This document shows, one piece after another, positions 40,410-42,286 of a stretch of 42,286 nucleotides of DNA. The stretch is from positions 1 through 42,286 of the IMG/VR virus record IMGVR_UViG_3300009963_000014; one strand, 5' to 3'. Every line of letters starts with the position of its first letter. Positions within the stretch are counted from its first letter, which is position 1. This stretch comes from a virus. The notes under the pieces are model-generated. The model made no database searches, was not told the DNA's origin, and saw only the letters and a list, made by a program, of their open reading frames with translations. Both the position numbers and the translations under genes were made by a program.

Positions 40410-40437
40410 AAAAAAACCGCAAGCCTGAGCCTGCGGT
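40410..40437 (-). terminator. Rho-independent terminator (minus strand), second of a tandem pair ending the late/moron transcript
   Basis: Minus strand accgca-N10-ugcggu followed by U7. Confidence 0.55.
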
Positions 40438-40489
40438 GAAAGAACATTTTAGAAAGTTTCCTTTCATTTTATTTTTTGAAATTTTAAAT

Positions 40490-40512
40490 AAAAAAAGGAG
40501 CATTTAAGCTCC
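40490..40512 (-). terminator. Rho-independent terminator (minus strand), first of the tandem pair
   Basis: Minus strand ggagc-uuaaau-gcucc (or the alternative 7-bp aaaggag/cuccuuu stem) followed by U7. Confidence 0.5.
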
Positions 40513-40630
40513 CTCCTTTGAAATAACGGACACTTGGCTGGTCGGTGTACCCAGCATCTCAGATACCTTTTTCAAGGTGCGGCAGGAACCTTTCTGCCCT
40601 CAAATGTCTTCCGTTAATGTTATTCTAGCA

Positions 40631-41011
40631 CTAACTGCTTTTTTTGTCAAGCTTTCTCAATCTACCAGACTTAATACGATTTTGTAACTTGAAATCTTGT
40701 AAGCGATACATGGTCGGAACATAAAAGAAATCGCCACTTTTATGTAACTTGATGGCAACGAGAACATTATCATCAAATTTTTTTACATATTCAAAACTAG
40801 CGTCTTTCTCTCGTGGATTGACCCCAACGAAATCTGGACTTCTTAGTATGAGTTCCAAGTCTTCAATATGATGGATCACATCATTATGATGGCGTTTCAA
40901 CATATGGCTTCTCAAACCTTCTTTGTTGACCTTGATTTCACTTGCTTCAAGAATAATATTAAAAATTTCTTTTACTTCATCGGTAACCTGACCGATTTTT
41001 TCATGATTCAT
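40631..41011 (-). CDS. Stand-alone PBECR-like (Barnase-EndoU-ColicinE5/D-RelE-like) putative nuclease, moron
   Basis: 126 aa. ...EGLRSHMLKRHHNDVIHHIEDLELILRSPDFV...VAIKL...GRLRKL matches my recollection of the I..H..rHpnD...I...PD pattern. Own promoter and terminators. Confidence 0.65.
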   Translation of the reverse strand: MNHEKIGQVTDEVKEIFNIILEASEIKVNKEGLRSHMLKRHHNDVIHHIEDLELILRSPDFVGVNPREKDASFEYVKKFDDNVLVAIKLHKSGDFFYVPTMYRLQDFKLQNRIKSGRLRKLDKKSS

Positions 41012-41035
41012 AATTTCCTCCGTTATTTCATAACT

Positions 41036-41044
41036 ATTATATCA
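41036..41044 (-). promoter_or_regulatory. Extended -10 (TGaTATAAT) promoter for the PBECR-like moron, overlapping the lysin 3' end
   Basis: Minus strand TTATAA-N18-TGaTATAAT, 24 nt upstream of GGAGG-ATG. Confidence 0.5.
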
Positions 41045-41048
41045 CATT

Positions 41049-41999
41049 TTATTTTGTTGTTATAAGCCCATCTGGCTCAACTGTGAACTCTGGCTTGTCT
41101 GCCATTGTTCCGTCTGGTTTAATGTAATACCAGCCTTGACCTGCTCTGACGAATTCATTAGATGCCATGTTTCCGCCCTTGCTATCAAGGTAGTACCATG
41201 TATCCTTGTATTTAACCCAACCTGTTTTCATGCCACCTTCAACGTCGAAATAGTACCACTTGTCAGCAATCTTCTTCCAACCTGTTGCCATTGCGCCTGA
41301 GTTGTCGAACCAGTACCAGTTGCCGTCTGAGTGCTTTTTCCAGCGGTCTGCAAGCATGTAGCCTGAGTTATCGAAGTAATACCAGGTTCCGTTGATTTTC
41401 TCAAACTTGTCTTTTGGATAAGAGCCGTCTGAGTGTACATACCAATAGCCTGTATCATTCTTCTGCCAGCCTGTTTCAGAGCCTAACCCGTTCTCAATAT
41501 CATGTTTAAACTGTTCACGGCTGATGCCCCATTTCGCAAGATAAGGATACGGGTCAACGTGGTCGCTACTGTTATCCGGCTGGTTGTTGGTACAGTATTC
41601 ATGTGTTTTGATACCTGCCAAGTCGTCTGTATCAAGTGTTTTCGGCAATCCTGCTTCGTCCGCAAGATTTCGCAAAAGCGGAACGTATAACCTGTAATCA
41701 CGGTCGAATTCTTCTTGTGTCTTATGACTTTCAATCAGCTCAACAGCTGCATAGGTTTCAGCGTTCCAACCGCCCCCAACGTCCCAAGATCCATTATTTA
41801 CAGGCCCGACCTGCATGACACGGCCATTCCCGACTACGTGAGAAAAGAACCCTAGTTCAGGGTCCTTTCTCCAGTGATAGTCAGCTTCATTTTGAGCTGT
41901 TGAGTTGTGGTTGCCAGTTGAGTGGGCGTGTACTTGTCGATAAGGTTGCACCCCAACTTGTGGCAAGTCCGTGCGTAGTCTGCTTGTATCGATATCCAT
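41049..41999 (-). CDS. LytA-type N-acetylmuramoyl-L-alanine amidase with C-terminal choline-binding repeats (phage lysin)
   Basis: [30 protein letters not shown]... plus six GW/YYF choline-binding repeats, near-collinear with pneumococcal LytA. The ATG at 41999 overlaps the holin stop (TAATG). Confidence 0.95.
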   Translation of the reverse strand: MDIDTSRLRTDLPQVGVQPYRQVHAHSTGNHNSTAQNEADYHWRKDPELGFFSHVVGNGRVMQVGPVNNGSWDVGGGWNAETYAAVELIESHKTQEEFDRDYRLYVPLLRNLADEAGLPKTLDTDDLAGIKTHEYCTNNQPDNSSDHVDPYPYLAKWGISREQFKHDIENGLGSETGWQKNDTGYWYVHSDGSYPKDKFEKINGTWYYFDNSGYMLADRWKKHSDGNWYWFDNSGAMATGWKKIADKWYYFDVEGGMKTGWVKYKDTWYYLDSKGGNMASNEFVRAGQGWYYIKPDGTMADKPEFTVEPDGLITTK

Positions 42000-42286
42000 T
42001 ACTCTTGTCCTTTCCAAGCGTCATTCATCTGCTTCACTGCTGACTCTACAAAGGTGTCTAAGTCCTTATCAGTCATGCTGATGTTGTATTTTGTAAGTTC
42101 AGCTCGGACTTTATCACGAGCTTGCTCTAGCTTTTCATCACCTTTGAAGCCAGTCTCAGATGCGACCTGCTCCACGGAATGAACTGCATTTTTAGCTAGG
42201 ATTTCAGCGATTTTGACAGTCTTTTCACCACCCTCTTTGATGAGGTACTCCTTGACCGCTTTGACTGCGATGCCAAGCAAAATAAT
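41999..42286 (-). CDS. Holin, LL-H-like, 3' portion (5' end runs off the window; completed by 128-175)
   Basis: ORF-track 41999-42280. Continuous with the N-terminal TM segment encoded at 1-175 through the 127-nt overlap. Confidence 0.8.
   Translation of the reverse strand: MILLGIAVKAVKEYLIKEGGEKTVKIAEILAKNAVHSVEQVASETGFKGDEKLEQARDKVRAELTKYNISMTDKDLDTFVESAVKQMNDAWKGQE
42160..42286. repeat. Terminal duplication copy 2 (identical to 1-127)
   Basis: See copy 1. Implies a circular or terminally redundant unit of 42159 bp. Confidence 0.95.

Larger units (their letters stand above)
1..42286. mobile_element. Complete temperate siphovirus genome (Streptococcus pneumoniae/mitis-group phage), reverse-complemented relative to usual int-to-lysin map
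   Basis: Full set of lysogeny, replication, packaging, head, tail and lysis modules. Integrase plus attP-like repeats. LytA-like choline-binding lysin. Window ends overlap by 127 nt. Confidence 0.9.

Noticed and set aside
40524-40616. Cloverleaf-like fold considered as a tRNA or hammerhead ribozyme
   Set aside because: Arm and loop sizes do not fit a tRNA: the middle hairpin has a 4-nt loop and there is no T-loop motif. The CUGANGA...GAAA hammerhead core is absent.

Overview
This window is a complete temperate siphovirus genome of about 42.16 kb, read by eye only. It is circularly closed or terminally redundant: bases 1-127 are identical to 42160-42286, giving a unit length of 42159 bp, and the window origin cuts through an LL-H-type holin gene. 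A LytA-type choline-binding amidase and a PblB-like giant tail fibre point to a Streptococcus pneumoniae / S. mitis-group host. The genome is shown reverse-complemented. The minus strand carries, from high to low coordinate:
- a Cro-like gene and many small early genes (36.4-32.4 kb)
- a recombination/replication module (32.2-25.0 kb: HNH, Gp157, RuvC-like, helicase, AAA ATPase, DUF669, PrimPol, VirE-type primase-helicase) followed by an iteron origin
- small ORFs, then an ArpU late regulator
- terS, terL, portal, MuF, scaffold, capsid, connectors, tail, tape measure and a 1832-aa fibre
- two holins, the lysin, and a promoter-equipped nuclease-like moron

The plus strand carries cI(XRE)-ImmA-two cargo genes-integrase-attP, plus four promoter-equipped small genes interleaved antisense within the early operon.

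Most interesting, all unannotated by the ORF track or unexplained:
1. A par/Fst-like type I toxin-antitoxin module sits inside the cI-cro switch.
2. An exact 65-bp duplicated palindromic-operator promoter drives two unrelated acidic 79-aa proteins against the lytic operon.
3. A two-gene cargo lies between ImmA and int; its tail-anchored protein shares a 13-aa motif with the repressor linker.
4. Two PBECR-like nuclease modules are present, one fused to the MuF head protein and one a stand-alone moron with a structured 3' UTR.
5. Several strong-promoter/immediate-terminator units could be cis-antisense sRNAs.
6. A tRNA-sized element keeps only the acceptor and T arms.

Family assignments are from motif recall, not searches. 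Hand-indexed small features may be off by 1-2 nt.
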